Assembly (NCBI RefSeq): GCF_025526975.1
Contig: NW_026515668.1
Span: 1,984,001 to 2,048,000, forward strand
Length of the DNA: 64,000 nucleotides
Direction of reading: 5' to 3'
Origin: Fimicolochytrium jonesii
Lineage: Eukaryota
This document shows, one piece after another, positions 1 through 16,072 of this stretch. The notes beneath the pieces were generated by a model. It saw only the letters and a list, made by a program, of their open reading frames with translations. It was not told the DNA's origin and ran no database searches. Each line of letters starts with the position of its first letter. Position 1 is the first letter of the stretch. The position numbers and the translations under genes are program-made.

Positions 1-1572
1 TGGAGCAAATTTGGTAAGGGCCATACTTTGTACTACATGGGAGACAAAACGAGAGTCTCATCGGTTGGCATGGCAGGTAATCATCCACGGCCCAGAGATT
101 TTCGGCGCCTACCTCGGCGAAAGCGAAGAACGTCTCCGCTCCCGGTTCAAAGAAGCCCAGGACCTCGCCTCGCCCATTACGCCATGCATTCTCTTCATCG
201 ACGAGATCGACGCCCTGACTCCCCGCCGTGAATCCACGCGTTCACAGGAAAATCGGGTGGTCGCTCAGCTTCTCACCTTGATGGATGGAATGTCGTCGAG
301 GGGTTCGCTGATTGTGATTGGGGCTACGAACCTGCCGAACTCGATTGACCCGGCGCTGAGACGGCCGGGGAGGTTTGACAGGGAGGTGGCAATTGATGTG
401 CCGTCGGAGGAAGCGCGGTTCACGATCCTGACCAACTTGACGCGGGATATGCCGTTGGATGCCGACGTCGATTTCCGTAAACTCGCGGCTGCGACGAATG
501 GATACGTTGGTGCCGATCTTTCGGCCCTGTGCCGCGAAGCAGCGATGGAAGCGGTCCGCCAGTCGTCTGCATCTCACCTCACCGCGGTCCCTTACAGTGC
601 CTTCGTCAAAGCGTTGGCACTCATGGGCGGACCCTCAACCCAGCGCGGCACTTCCGTCTCGTTGGAGAAGTTGACCTGGGACGACGTGGGCGGCCTAGAA
701 CCCGTGAAGCAAAAACTCCGCCAATCCGTCGAATGGCCCCTCATGTACCGCGACACCTTCCGCAAACTCGGTCTGAAACCCCCCAAAGGCGTGCTCCTCT
801 ACGGTCCGCCCGGCTGCAGCAAAACAACCCTCGTCAAAATCATCGCAGCAACCTCCGGCGCCACTTTCCTCTCCCTAAACGGCGCCGCGCTCTACTCCCC
901 ATACGTCGGCGACTCAGAACAGGAGATCCGCACCATCTTCCACCGCGCACGCGCAGGGGCACCCTCCGTCGTCTTCTTTGACGAGATCGACGCCATCGTC
1001 GGGAAACGGTCCCTGTCCTCCTCCTCATCAAACACCAAATCAGACTCGGTGCAGGACCGCGTCCTCTCCGCCCTCCTCAACGAAATGGACGGCGTCGAGG
1101 CCGCTAAAGACGTCCTTGTGGTCGGCGCGACCAACCGACCGGACATGATTGATGCGGCGTTGATGAGGCCGGGGAGGTTCGATCGGGTGGTGTACGTGCC
1201 GCCGCCGGATAGAGAGGCGCGGGGGAAGATTCTGAGGTTGTATACGAAGGGGATGCAGGTGGCTGCGGATGTGGATTTGGACGGAATGGCGGAGAGGACG
1301 GAGAGGTATACTGGGGCGGATTTGAAGGCGGTATGCAGGGAGGCGGCTATGGAGGCGTTGAGGGCGCATGGGACGGCGACGAGTGTCGTGGTAAGTTTCG
1401 CTGGCCCCTTGGTCTGCTGGTCAGAGCACGAGCGACTTCTCTAAACTCTCTGAACCCCAAAAAGGAGCAGGAACATTTTGACGCAGCGCTGGTTGTCGTC
1501 AAACCGACGTTGTCGGGTGACATGCTGGATCAGTATACGGACTTCGCCAAGACTTTCGGGGCAGGGACTTAG
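1..1572 (+). CDS. AFG2B: AAA+ ATPase AFG2B/SPATA5L1-like, 5'-truncated by window edge; exons ..13, 77-1390, 1465-1572
   Basis: Two AAA modules (FIDEIDAL...RRPGRFDRE; GPPGCSKTTLVK...FFDEIDAI...RPGRFDR). D2 segment YSPYVGDSE and VQDRVLSALLNEMDG fits SPATA5L1 better than CDC48. GT-AG introns at 14-76 and 1391-1464. Confidence 0.85.
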
Positions 1573-1836
1573 ATAGCGATCACGCTTTCTAGTGAAGAAC
1601 TGAGTATATGTGTATCGGCGTGTTATGATAGCGCATTGTAGATATGATGACCCTTTACAGCCGCAAGCAGACATGCTTTGGTTCCTGTCCCGCCATGTCC
1701 CGCCATGAACAGCTGCCTTTGATCTTTGGCAATAGTGGTCCAGTGACCGATTCACTCAAGGACGTAATCAATACGGTGTGTAATGGAAAGATAAAATGTA
1801 CATGCACAAGACGAGGCGAGAACCGCGGAAACTGCT

Positions 1837-2861
<1,025 letters not shown>

Positions 2862-2962
2862 GTTGGCGGCTTGCTTGTACTGGGATTTACGGTGTTTGGC
2901 GAGAGAGAGAAACCGCACTCCGGGGGCGACATCGCCGGTTTGAAAACGCTCCTTCCTCCAAA

Positions 2963-2971
2963 TCACGTGAC
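2963..2971. promoter_or_regulatory. TCACGTGAC E-box (Cbf1/bHLH type) in the divergent RPS23/EAF7 promoter
   Basis: Palindromic TCACGTGA about 100 nt upstream of the RPS23 ATG; CACGTGAC also occurs upstream of RPS29. Confidence 0.45.
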
Positions 2972-3200
2972 TCCATGACTTCATGACGCTTGCTGAGCAA
3001 GACGTCTGGCGCGTCCACTCCCGTCAACTTCCAGCAACCCCAAATTGACGTTGGTCTCTCGGACGGAACGCTCGGGGATCTCCAGCGGAAGGTCAAACAG
3101 GCAGACAGACTCTCAAAAACAATATCAGACTTTGGGTCAGTCGGAGGTGTTTATGTCTGTCTGAGGGGACCCCAGTGAAGTTCTCATTCGACTCCCTGTG

Positions 3201-4098
3201 ATGCCGCAAGCCAAAACAAACCTCACGCCGGACGAAGACAAGGACCCCCTTACCGATGACTCCAAAAACCAACAGCCGGCTTCTGAGGATGCGAACGAGA
3301 GAGAGAGCGTGGACTCGCCTGCAGTAGTGAGCGAGGACGCTGGGGCCCCTCCAAGTGCAGTCGGGTCTGAGGACCCAGGTGTGCATTGGACACCGGAATG
3401 GGAGATCATCCTGTTTAACGCCTTGGTGCGGTTCAGACCGGTCGGTATGTATGGTTGATGCCTGTGCGGAGATTCTCTGAGAGGAATATCTGCTTACCGT
3501 TTCTCTGAATGCCAACTCTCAGGGGTCCACAAACATTTCCGCATGCTAAGTATGCAGCGGTACTTTCGCCGTGAGACGGGCGTGACCCTCACTATCCAAC
3601 AGCTGTGGAACCATCTCTCCCTCTTCTACGACCTCGGCGCCTTGGATGCGATGGCAGACGAAAGCGACGACGAGATCACGTTCGAGGCGCGACGGAAACG
3701 GAGCGGATACCCATTCAAAGTGGTGGCGGAGTTCAGTTTGCCTGGAGATGAGTTTGATTCCATTATCAGCGAGCACCGGAAAGCAGTTTCGCCGGAGCGG
3801 AGAGCGTCGCATGACTCGCCAAGGTCAACTCCTGAGCCGCACAGTGGGAACGAAGGTAACATTTCGCGAACGCATCTGCCGAAATACCGAATCTGCAACG
3901 CTAATGGTTTGACTACCTCTCGCACCAGCGACAATCCCAGCCAAGCGTGGAGTAGGCAGACCACGCAAGAACGCCAAGAAAGACTCGCTCACACCCGCCT
4001 CCGAACCGCCCGTTCGCCGCACTCGTGCTTCATCCAACGCCGTTGCGGCTGCCACCACCGATACCCCGACTAGCAAACGCCCTCGCCGAAATGTCTGA
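3201..4098 (+). CDS. EAF7: NuA4 subunit Eaf7/MRGBP (CT20 family), 3 exons
   Basis: WTPEWEIILFNALVRFRPVG|VHKHFRMLSM...LWNHLSLFYDL...EFSLP matches the CT20 signature; the last exon (3929-4098) carries KRGVGRPRK. Confidence 0.9.
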
Positions 4099-4497
4099 AA
4101 GATTCCGGATCCAATTTGGAGTGACCCTTCCCAACCTATTTTGCATGACGTAGAGGAAGGCCCACAGCTCCGCGACAGAGGCGTCGTCAAGCCGATCATG
4201 CCACCAGCAGCCTCATCCAGTGCTCGGAAACTTTGCCCCGAAAACGTCCCAGAGCACTGTGGAAGTTGCTTCCAGAAGCATCCGTCAAATCGCCGGTCCA
4301 CCGGAAACGAAGCCGCGGCTCCTCCGCCGCCCAAGGACTGCTTCACAACCGGACGACAATCACGCTTCGTCCCCCGCATACAAGTCTTTCACATCGGAGA
4401 TACCATCCGCGGTCCAAAAACCTCCACCTCGGCAAAAGCCCTGCCGAACCAAAGGCCTCCAGTAGATTTACGGATCCATCCCTGCCTGAGCGTCCCC

Positions 4498-4970
4498 CTA
4501 CGGACTCTTTGATGGCGTTTTCTTTTCGGCTTCCCACCTGTTCGATAACATGTTTAGCTATCTGCGTGTCCTGTTGATGGGACGGCAGTAATATATGGGT
4601 TAGAGGGCGAACGTACTTGGCTAGGATTTGTTCATCAGTGTATTGTTGGCCTATCTTCGTTCTGCGTTCGACCTGGAGGGTGAGAAGATGACATCAGTTT
4701 TTGAGCCCCGGCGTGAGTTCGGTCCAGTTTTCAGCCCACCTCTGTGTCGGTCCGTGGCTGCGTTAGTTGGTGAATTGCTATGAGCAGACCAAAGTCGTAA
4801 GTCGGGGCGATCCTACTAACCGGGTAGCCATTCAAGGCTTACCGTATCCACCGTACAGCCCGCCGGCACCCAAGACGATAAGCTAGAGAAGGTATAACGT
4901 CAGTGGGTCGGTTTCTTCCAGATGGCTTCGGCTGTGGGTGTACCTTGACAATAGGGTTTATCTTCGACAT
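4498..4970 (-). CDS. Small 5-exon gene, 66-aa single-TM protein (possibly Cbp4/UQCC3-like mitochondrial assembly factor); absent from ORF track
   Basis: Exons 4970-4944, 4882-4843, 4777-4740, 4672-4617 and 4537-4498, joined by four GT-AG introns (61-79 nt), give a phase-consistent ORF: MSKINPIVKLIVLGAGGLYGGYAIHQLTQPRTDTEVERRTKIGQQYTDEQILAKWEAEKKTPSKSP*. Confidence 0.75.
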
Positions 4971-5371
4971 CCCGATTTGCTTTTGGTGAAGCCGTGCTGG
5001 GGTAGTGTTTCAGCAGGGAGGTGCGGGATTGGAATGCGCAAAAGAGCTGGAAACTCTGGAACTCCCTATATTCATGTAACGCGGCCTATAAGCTTAACTA
5101 CGTATTTACGGACTACAGACTACATAAAAAAATAGGCCAAAAAAAGATCTACGCCTGCAACCCTTCAAAAACCATCTCCTGCGTGGGTTTCCCTAGTCTC
5201 TCCACCCAAAGCGGGAGAAAAGGCCATAAGCCTCCTCCGCTGCCCGCTGAATCGTATTTTGCATACCTCCTACAGCGCTCTTTCCCTTCATCTTTCCCGC
5301 CATATTATTCAATCTCGCTCTTCATTAACTTGCTTGAGGGTATTATAAAACGGGATGCGTGAACGTGCTCA

Positions 5372-8086
<2,715 letters not shown>

Positions 8087-8294
8087 CTCAAGCTCAGAAG
8101 GAGGCGGGGTTATTAGAATACGGGCACCTTTGGCGGGAACCTTTGTGTCTTTGGCGCGAACCCCCAAGCCTTTATATACGGAGGATTCGCACCGTTTTCC
8201 CCTACCTGTCCACTTCGCACACTGGACGCCAAGTGTCAGGGCGGTCTCTCGTCATACCAGCCGTGCGAAAGAGCATGAGAACACGGTCATAGCG

Positions 8295-8397
8295 CTAACC
8301 CTACTGTAGGTTGCCCAACCAAAGGTATGTACACTACAGTAAAACCCTCGGTAACCCGCTGGGTAACCCTAACTGAAATCTGGAAAGAACACGTGAC
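8295..8397 (+). promoter_or_regulatory. Cluster of telomere-like (TAACCC/TAACCCTAA) boxes plus CACGTGAC upstream of RPS29
   Basis: CTAACCCTA 8295-8303, AAACCCT 8342, TAACCC 8352, TAACCCTAAC 8364-8373, CACGTGAC 8390-8397. Confidence 0.5.
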
Positions 8398-8540
8398 CTT
8401 GCAACAATTTTCTGTCGCCCTGGCGTCCCTGGGGCAATCGGAACGGCGACGACGGCAGCCATTGCGCATTTCCCCCCTCTCTCGCAACGCAGGAACATTG
8501 GCACCCTTCACCCTCCGACTAGTACATACTACCAGTCAAC

Positions 8541-9259
8541 ATGGCTCACTCTGCTGTTTGGTTCTCCCACCCCCGCAAGTACGGAAAGGGTTCTCGCCAG
8601 TGGTACGTATTTTCCTGATCAGCGTCGTCCGTCTGTTCCCCTCTATTTGGTACCCAGAGAGGCCATGCAACACTCGACAGCGACGGAGAGCGTAGCGGCG
8701 GGGTTTGTAGGAAGGGAGGACGGCTGATATGGACCACTGCGGGGGAAGCTATGCCCAAATTTGTGGAAGACGGAGAGGCCATGCGGTTTTGGAGCAAATC
8801 GACTAAACCCCTTCTTCCTCTACCACCTTCTTCCTCTACCACAGCCGTGTGTGCGCGCACCAGGCCGGTCTCATCCGCAAGTACAACCTGAACATCTGCC
8901 GTCAGTGCTTCCGCGAGTACTCTAAGGACATTGGTTTCATTAAGGTGAGAAAAAGAGTCCGACGGAGGAATTGCGAAGGCGGGCTAGGAATTGCGAAGCG
9001 GTGACCAGTGTTCAGGGGTGAATGGGGTCGAAGAAAAGATTGGGGACGGTGGATTGATGCAAATGAGATGACTGCGGAACTTTGAACGAAGCAGGAATCA
9101 GCAGAAGCTACAATAAGAACGGACTGTAGGAAACATGGAGGCGGGAAGCTTGAATCAAACAATAATGCTTTTGAAACGCTGATACCGTCACCGTCACTAC
9201 TCTCGAGAGCAACTCATTGATGATTTGTTTTCCACTTTCCGCCCATCCAGTACCGTTAA
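8541..9259 (+). CDS. RPS29: 40S ribosomal protein S29 (uS14); exons 8541-8602, 8845-8944, 9251-9259
   Basis: [56 protein letters not shown]. Confidence 0.98.
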
Positions 9260-9644
9260 ACACCCTAACGACCCGATGACCACCCACCACCTCCGACCTC
9301 GGTTGCATTGCCTTCCTGCCCACACATTGTATATCTTAACAATATGAGAAGCTGTTGATTCCGCTAGCCCTGTCGGTGTTGGAAGTTTGATTCAATGGTT
9401 GTGAAAGCAGGGGGGAGATTTGGACATCAGATGAGCGGAGATCAGGATTCGGCTGCGAAGATTCAGGAGTGTCATTGCAACGTTGGACGGTTGGGTCTTG
9501 GCGAAATTGGAATGACGGTCAACGCCCGAGATGGATCTGTTTCCTTAAGTTACGGGGATACTATACTATTCTGCGTGCTTCTATAAATTACGTGCTCTAC
9601 GTACGTGAAGGGGAGGGGTTCCTGGTTTCTACGGGCAGGGCCAT

Positions 9645-12525
9645 TTACTTCCTCTTTGTCCTGGTCGGTTTCGCGGACCGCCTCACCTCCTGCGATGCCT
9701 TGGTCGCCTTTTTCGTCGGGACCTTGCTCGTAGCTGAAACCGAACGATGAGATAAAAGACCATGCCATGCCACATTCAAGAAAGGGATTACTGCATACCA
9801 GACGCCTTCATCAAAGTAGAGGGCAAATCCTCATCTGCGCCTGTGTTGCCCGTGATGTAGTTCCCAGAAATGCCCTTGGGGATGAGATCTTTCACGAGCA
9901 GTGCGTTGAGCTGGTCTTTGAGGGTTTGCACTTTTGCGGTGTGCTTCAGAGCTTCCTTGTTGCCTGATTCTTTGTCGACTTTTGTGCCTTTTGCGTTTGT
10001 TCCAATGCTGTGTGGTGCAGAGCCAAGTTAGCATCGTGTTACTTCGCTGGGGATCGGTCGAATCTAGACACTCACAAATCCTCATCAAGCACAATATCCA
10101 TCTCCTCCGCCGCCTTCTTAAACCAATTCTTCTCATGCTGCGTCTTCTGCTTCGAATGTTCCGCCTCATCAATCTTCCTCGCCAGATTGATCCTCTGCTT
10201 AATCCCCGTCAACAGGGACCGATCAACCGGAAACTCCGGTATCCCATCCTCCTTCTTCAGCACATGGCAGATTTTCTTGTACACGGGCACTTCCTGTGGG
10301 GAGCAGAGCATGACGGAGACGCCGTCGGCGGCGGCGCGGGCCGTGCGACCGGAGCGGTGTACGTAGAGGTCGGCGGTGCGGGGGAGTTGGTAGTGCACGA
10401 CGTGCTCGATGTTGGGGATGTCGAGACCGCGGGCGGCGACGTCGGAGGCGATGAGGACTGCGTCCGGGAGGGATTTGAATCTTGTGGGGGAATGTACATC
10501 TATGAGCATGCATGCAACCGTGTCGAACCAGAGTCTTGCAGATTTGATACATACCGATCCAAATTCTTTAGCCGCTGTCGTTGCTGCATCTCCGCATGTA
10601 ATGCTAATGCACGGATCTTCATATGTGTCAGAACCGGGACCAAGCGACGAATCGCATCGATGCTGTTGACAAAGACGATCGTCCGTCCCGGGTATCGGGC
10701 GAGAATGTAGTACAGATAGGCATCCTGAGACGTGCAGGTAAGTACGAGAATGAGACTAGTTCGTGGGCAGCGGCCATATTCGAGTCGAAAACGCTACCTT
10801 TTCAGTGTGCAGGCAGTCAATCCGTGTCTCGAGCAGCTTGTCAGCGGTGACTTGCTCAGTCAAACAGTTGACATAGCAAGGTTTCGCGTCTTGGAACTCC
10901 AGGCGGGCCAAAAGATTCTCTGGAAACAACACCAACCTCCGTCAGCGCGTGTACCAATACAAGCAGAATGGATGGTATAGACTCACGTAACGTTGGCTCC
11001 TTCCTCCTATGACTTTGCTTGACCTTCTCCTTCATCTGCGCGTTGTTCACCAATGTTGCAGAGAAGATGAACGTACGGCGTGTTGCCGGCTTTTCTCTGA
11101 ACAAGCTAGTCGTTAACAACCCGTCCGACCAGCCAAATGAGCAAATCTTCACCGACTCACTTTCGTTTCATTGAAATAGCGTTCAAGATGTTATCCAAAT
11201 CCTTGAAATGCCCCGTCTCAAGCATCCTATCCGCCTCATCGATCGCGAGGAACTTGATCCCTCGTAACCGTGCCAACAAGTCGTCGTTCTCGGACGCTAG
11301 CTCCCATAATCGACCGGGCGTCGCCACGATCACGTCCGGCTTCATTGAGATCAAGCGTTTTTGCTTGGGTATTGAGATCCCTCCGACGAGGGTGATGATC
11401 TACAGGCATGTGAAGTCATTCGATTATAGGATTCGAGACAAGTGAAAGGACGGGAAAGCCACTCACCCGTGCAGGAGTAAACTTGGCGGCTGTCGTCATA
11501 TGTTCAGCAACTTGAAGTGCCAACTCACGTGTCGGCGTCAAAACTAACGCATGCAATCCATTATCCTTGCTACTGCTAACCCGCGTCGCAATCGACTGTA
11601 GAATCGGTAACCCAAACGCAAGCGTCTTCCCCGATCCCGTTTGCGCCGCGCCGATGATGTCCCGAGTCCCTCCAATAGCGACCGGGAGCGTCTTTTCCTG
11701 GATCAGTGTTGGCTTGTTGAACCCAGATGCTTGTAGGCCTTTCAGGAGTTCGGGCGCGAGGTGAAGAGAATCCCAGGCTGACATGTCCAGCTCTGGGATC
11801 TCTTCGATCTCTGCCTCGTCCGTCTGATGTGGAGATGCCACGTCCTCGTCTGCGTCATGAACCTCTTCGTCTGCATCGACCACCGCATCTTCCTCATCCT
11901 CCGCACCTTCGTCCTCATCAAAGTCAGCGCCATCATCACCGTCCTTCGAAAACGATGATGACCCGTCATCCTCAAAATCATCAATGTGAACGAATGCCTC
12001 CGGGTCCATAAGCTCGACAATATCCTCAGCCTCAGCCGCTGACTGCCCTGTTATCTCATGCTCCTTCACTTTCTTGAACGAAATCATCTTTCCTCCGCCG
12101 GCGCCCGTCTCGTACGCCACATCGACTCCGTCGATTTCCTCCAAGAACAAGAAACCACCGGCTGCTTTTTCATCGCCTTTCAGGAAGCTTTCGTGTGTCT
12201 GTACTTGCGACCATGGGATTTCGTTGAAGCTGACGGCGGTGCCTTCTATCGTCTGTCCCTTTGAACTGCTCTCGCCGCTTCGAGGGCCCTTGCCCTTGGA
12301 CTTTCCGCCCGTTCCGGCCTTTCGGCGCTTATTGTTGTTCGCATCACCTTGGTTGGTGGCTGCCTTCGTGTCGGGAGCTTTGCGCTTCCGGGACACTTCG
12401 CCATTCCCGTTCGGCTCCGTGGTTGCTTGCTTTGCCGGTTTTTTGGTGAGTTGACCGGACGGAGGAGCTACTGTGGACGCAGAACCCACTACCTTTTTGG
12501 TAGTAGCGTCGCGAACGGTCCACAT
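9645..12525 (-). CDS. MAK5: DEAD-box RNA helicase DDX24/Mak5, multi-exon
   Basis: [14 protein letters not shown]-terminal motif, [57 protein letters not shown]. Confidence 0.93.
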
Positions 12526-12868
12526 TGTTGAGAAAGGTTCCCTTCCAACGACGATTCGTTTCGAACGATGAGGCACCTAAACTACAGTATTCCACCGTAA
12601 ATGGTACGTCCCGTTTACGCTTTCCAATGTCGACAAGCAATGCACCAAGAAAGGCTCGTTCGAAAACTTGTACGAAAATGCGACTTTCACGACTTTCCGC
12701 GCGCGTTCGACGGGTGGCGCAGTTCAACGGGCAGCTCTGCGACATTCACTGCACTTCGGCACTTACAGTACTTCGCCGGAGAAGCTACTTACGACATTGA
12801 CGCAATAACAAGCAACAGCGCTCAGTAGATCTCTGATAGCTTTCGTTTGCTGTGACCAAAAATAAGTA

Positions 12869-15800
12869 ATGAGTTTCGGTTCGTTAAGAAGAACAAACGC
12901 CAAAGCGCTGCGAAAGAAGATACAGGTCAACGACGACGATGACGATAATGTTGAGAACACGCGGGGCGAGGAGGGTGTGGGAGAGAAGGAGCAGGCCGCT
13001 GTCGCCGACGACGAGTTGGAGCGAAGCACAAAGGCGATGTCTATGAACGGCGGCAAGAAATCGTCAAAGTCAACGAAATCCAAGGGGAAGAAGTTTGCGT
13101 TGAGTTTTGGAGAGGACGAGGAGGTGGGTGGGGGCAGTGAAATCGATTTGCGCCGATTGTTTGAGGAATACTCAAGTCACGGTCCTAAAATTACGCAGGG
13201 AGATGGAGACTTCACGATCAAAAAGTCAGCCGCGAGCAAAAGGATGGCGAAAGCGAAGCTGAATCGTGATCTAGTGCCCGAACGCGAGGAGCACAACTCT
13301 CACTCCGCCGTTGGAGATTACTCTGCCGAGAGCCTGCGGGAGATGAGGGAAAGCCAGACGACTGCACCGCCACGGGCCACGCAGACGTCAGACCTTTTCT
13401 CAGGAGCGGCGCTGCCTGCCTTAGGCGCGGATGCCGTGATCCCTGATGCTGCTGCTATTCACGCGGCGAGAACGCTGAGAGAGCAGAAGAGGGCAGGGGC
13501 GATCAGTGGTGTCAATGAGACGAATGACAGTAGCGAGACAACTTCGAACTTCATAGCGCTATCATCGAATTCCAGAGAGGTACGGGTTTCTTCATCAGCC
13601 CAACGCGTCCTGGCCGCCCCACTCACGTGCGAAACGGAACTCGGTGTAGGTTGGACAAATCCTGACCCGAGAATCTCGGCTGGTCAACGAAGACGACGAG
13701 GATGAAGGACCAGAAGCGTTTGAAGATTACGAGCGCGATCGGCTTACATTTGGTAGCGCGGCCGTCAAGGAAGAGGAGGAGCGCCGGAAGAACGAGTTCG
13801 AAGGGAACTTGATAGAAGCGTGAGTGACGATCTCAAAGTGATACGCCAAGTTCAGTCAACTGACGCCCGTCCCGTGACTTGTTACAGACAAGAGGACGAC
13901 CAAGAAGATGAGGAGCTCGAACGATGGGAGAAGGAGCAGATCCGGAAAGGAAAGAAGCGCACAACGCACAATACCGCAAAGGTCCCAACAGCGTCACAAC
14001 AACCCAAACTCACGAAGAGTAGGTTCTTCTACGTACTGCGCCCAACATTTGAACCATAGACTAATGGAAATCCATAGTCCCTATTGTTGCACCAGTTATA
14101 CCCCTCATCTCCGTGTCGGCCCGACTTGCCGCAAATCTGCAAGAACTGGAAACAGCACATGCACAGCACACCAATCAACTGGCAATGACTGAATCAGAGT
14201 TGACCAAATCAGCATCAAAAGCAACCGCGCTGGAATCTGATCTCAAGCAGTCTTCGGATCGGTACGACTACTTCAACGATCTAAGAACGTATATTGGGGA
14301 TCTGGCGGAGTTCCTTGATGCGAAGGTACTGTGGAAGGCGCCATCGGATTCACTTTGCAAGCGTCACTAATGTTCGTCTTGTAGTTTCCTGAGTTGGAAT
14401 CGCTAGAGAAGGAATACTCGAAGCTCCTGTCTGCCCGCACACGGCTAGCACATGAACGACGACAGATCACTCAGGATCATTGGTTTTCGAGTTTCATGAA
14501 TTGGCATGCTCCACCGCCGGAGCCAATGGAGACAGACAACGACTCGGAATCCAGTGAGACGCTGACGGAGGACGAAATGCATGAGATCAAAGGTGTGTTA
14601 TGCCTGTGTCACAGTAGCCATTATGGAATTGGCACTGATCTTTGGATGCCAGCCAGAGTAGAAGAAGGCAAATCCCGCATGTTCGAAGATGTCGGCCATG
14701 AGTTTCGCTCGTTGCGCATGATCAAGCAAAAGTTCGAGACTTGGAAAGCAAAGTACGCCAAGGAATACGATGAGGCATATGGTGCGCTGAGTATTCCTGG
14801 CATCGTTGAGCTGTTTGTACGGCATGAGTTCCTGGCGTGGGATCTGTCAAAGGTGGGCTCATGCAGTATCCCAATATCCGAGTATGGTGAGCTGACTCTC
14901 TCTTACGTTGAACAGTCATCGCCCGGTTTCGAGGACATGCAATGGCATCATACACTACACGACTACGGGATAAGCACAAACGACATGCACGACGGGAGCA
15001 ATCCGGATACGGACGTCCTATCGCGGATAGTCGCAAAAGTCATAATACCACGGCTGCAGCTTGCTGTGCGCACGTACGACCCATACTCGGACGAGGAGAC
15101 CTCGGCGCTCTTACTGGCTGTGAATCAGTGCCTGGATTACGTGGAAACCAGTAATGAAGCCTTCAAGGTACATACGTCGCTCATCTTTGGGGCCACAAAC
15201 GTATGGGATCTAACTTCCAAGGTTGGCAGGGATTGTTAGCGACAATTGAGAAGCGATTCCAGGACGTCACAACCCGGATATGTGATCGGTATAACTTCTT
15301 CACGGCCACGCAGCGCCCTGTTACGCAAGAAGCGATCGAGTCCAAGACACATTGGTATTGGACGTCATATAAGGTGCGCTTTTGATGATGCTGAATGCCG
15401 CGCCGACATATTCAGCTCATAGACTACATTCTCCCTAGTTGTTTGCAAACATGATGCGATGGACACGGCTCTCGCGGATGTTCTTCCAGTCATTGGTCGT
15501 CGATTTGATGCTCAATCGACAGCTTGTTCCCATCCTCCGGTCATCACTTGAAGTGGACACTTTGGTGAAGATCGAGAAGGTATGGACCGATCGCACTTCC
15601 CAGCAAGGTGCACATTTGCTCACATGATCATCCGCACAGATTTCGCAACTGATGCCAACCAGCTGGCTGATCGACGAGATGGGGATGGCCACTCGACCGA
15701 AGTTCTTGAACTATTTCGATGCTGCGATAGCGTACTTCACGAAACAATATCAGCAATCCCAAACGCCTATCGAGTAAGACCGTTCGTTGGTGACTCAAAT

Positions 15801-15941
15801 TCCACTCTCCGTGGTTGACATTGATCCTACTTCCGCCTTTCCTCGTTGCACAGCCCCCGATTCTATTCACGGTTACGAGACGTTTTCGCAAAGCTCAACA
15901 ACACACAAATGGTGTCGGAGTTGACGCCTCTATGTAAATAG
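12869..15941 (+). CDS. GCFC2/PAXBP1 (Ntr2/C2orf3-like) spliceosome disassembly factor, multi-exon
   Basis: LSFGEDEE, YSAESLREMRES, IPDAAAIHAARTLREQKR, MFEDVGHEF...KFETWKAKYAKEYDEAYGALSIP, FEDMQWH (GCFC domain). Confidence 0.85.
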
Positions 15942-16072
15942 AAACACATTGGATTGGGGCTCCCGTTTCGAAACCCAGCCCCTCCCGCCTTTGCTCTGCG
16001 ACTTGCGTCGCGCGCGACCCCAGCCTGCACATATCTCCCCAGTCACGACGAATGTATAATGTTTTCCGCTTT

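Noticed and set aside
4610..4720. U3 snoRNA-like ACGTACTT...TAGGAT
   Set aside because: Box A does not match; explained as the antisense of a microgene exon and donor.
4797..4827. Plus-strand GTAAGT...TACTAAC...TAG 31-nt mini-intron (possible telomerase-RNA-type cleavage signal)
   Set aside because: Too short, no template or adjacent Sm site, and it lies antisense within intron 2 of the minus-strand microgene.
8364..8373. TAACCCTAAC as a telomerase RNA template or telomere
   Set aside because: Sits in a 450-bp divergent promoter with no room for a long RNA; more simply a promoter box.
9934..10710. Long antisense or alternative-frame ORFs (also 53684-54448, 53719-54438, 63160-63978, 40275-41021)
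   Set aside because: Shadows of real GC-rich genes on the other strand or frame.
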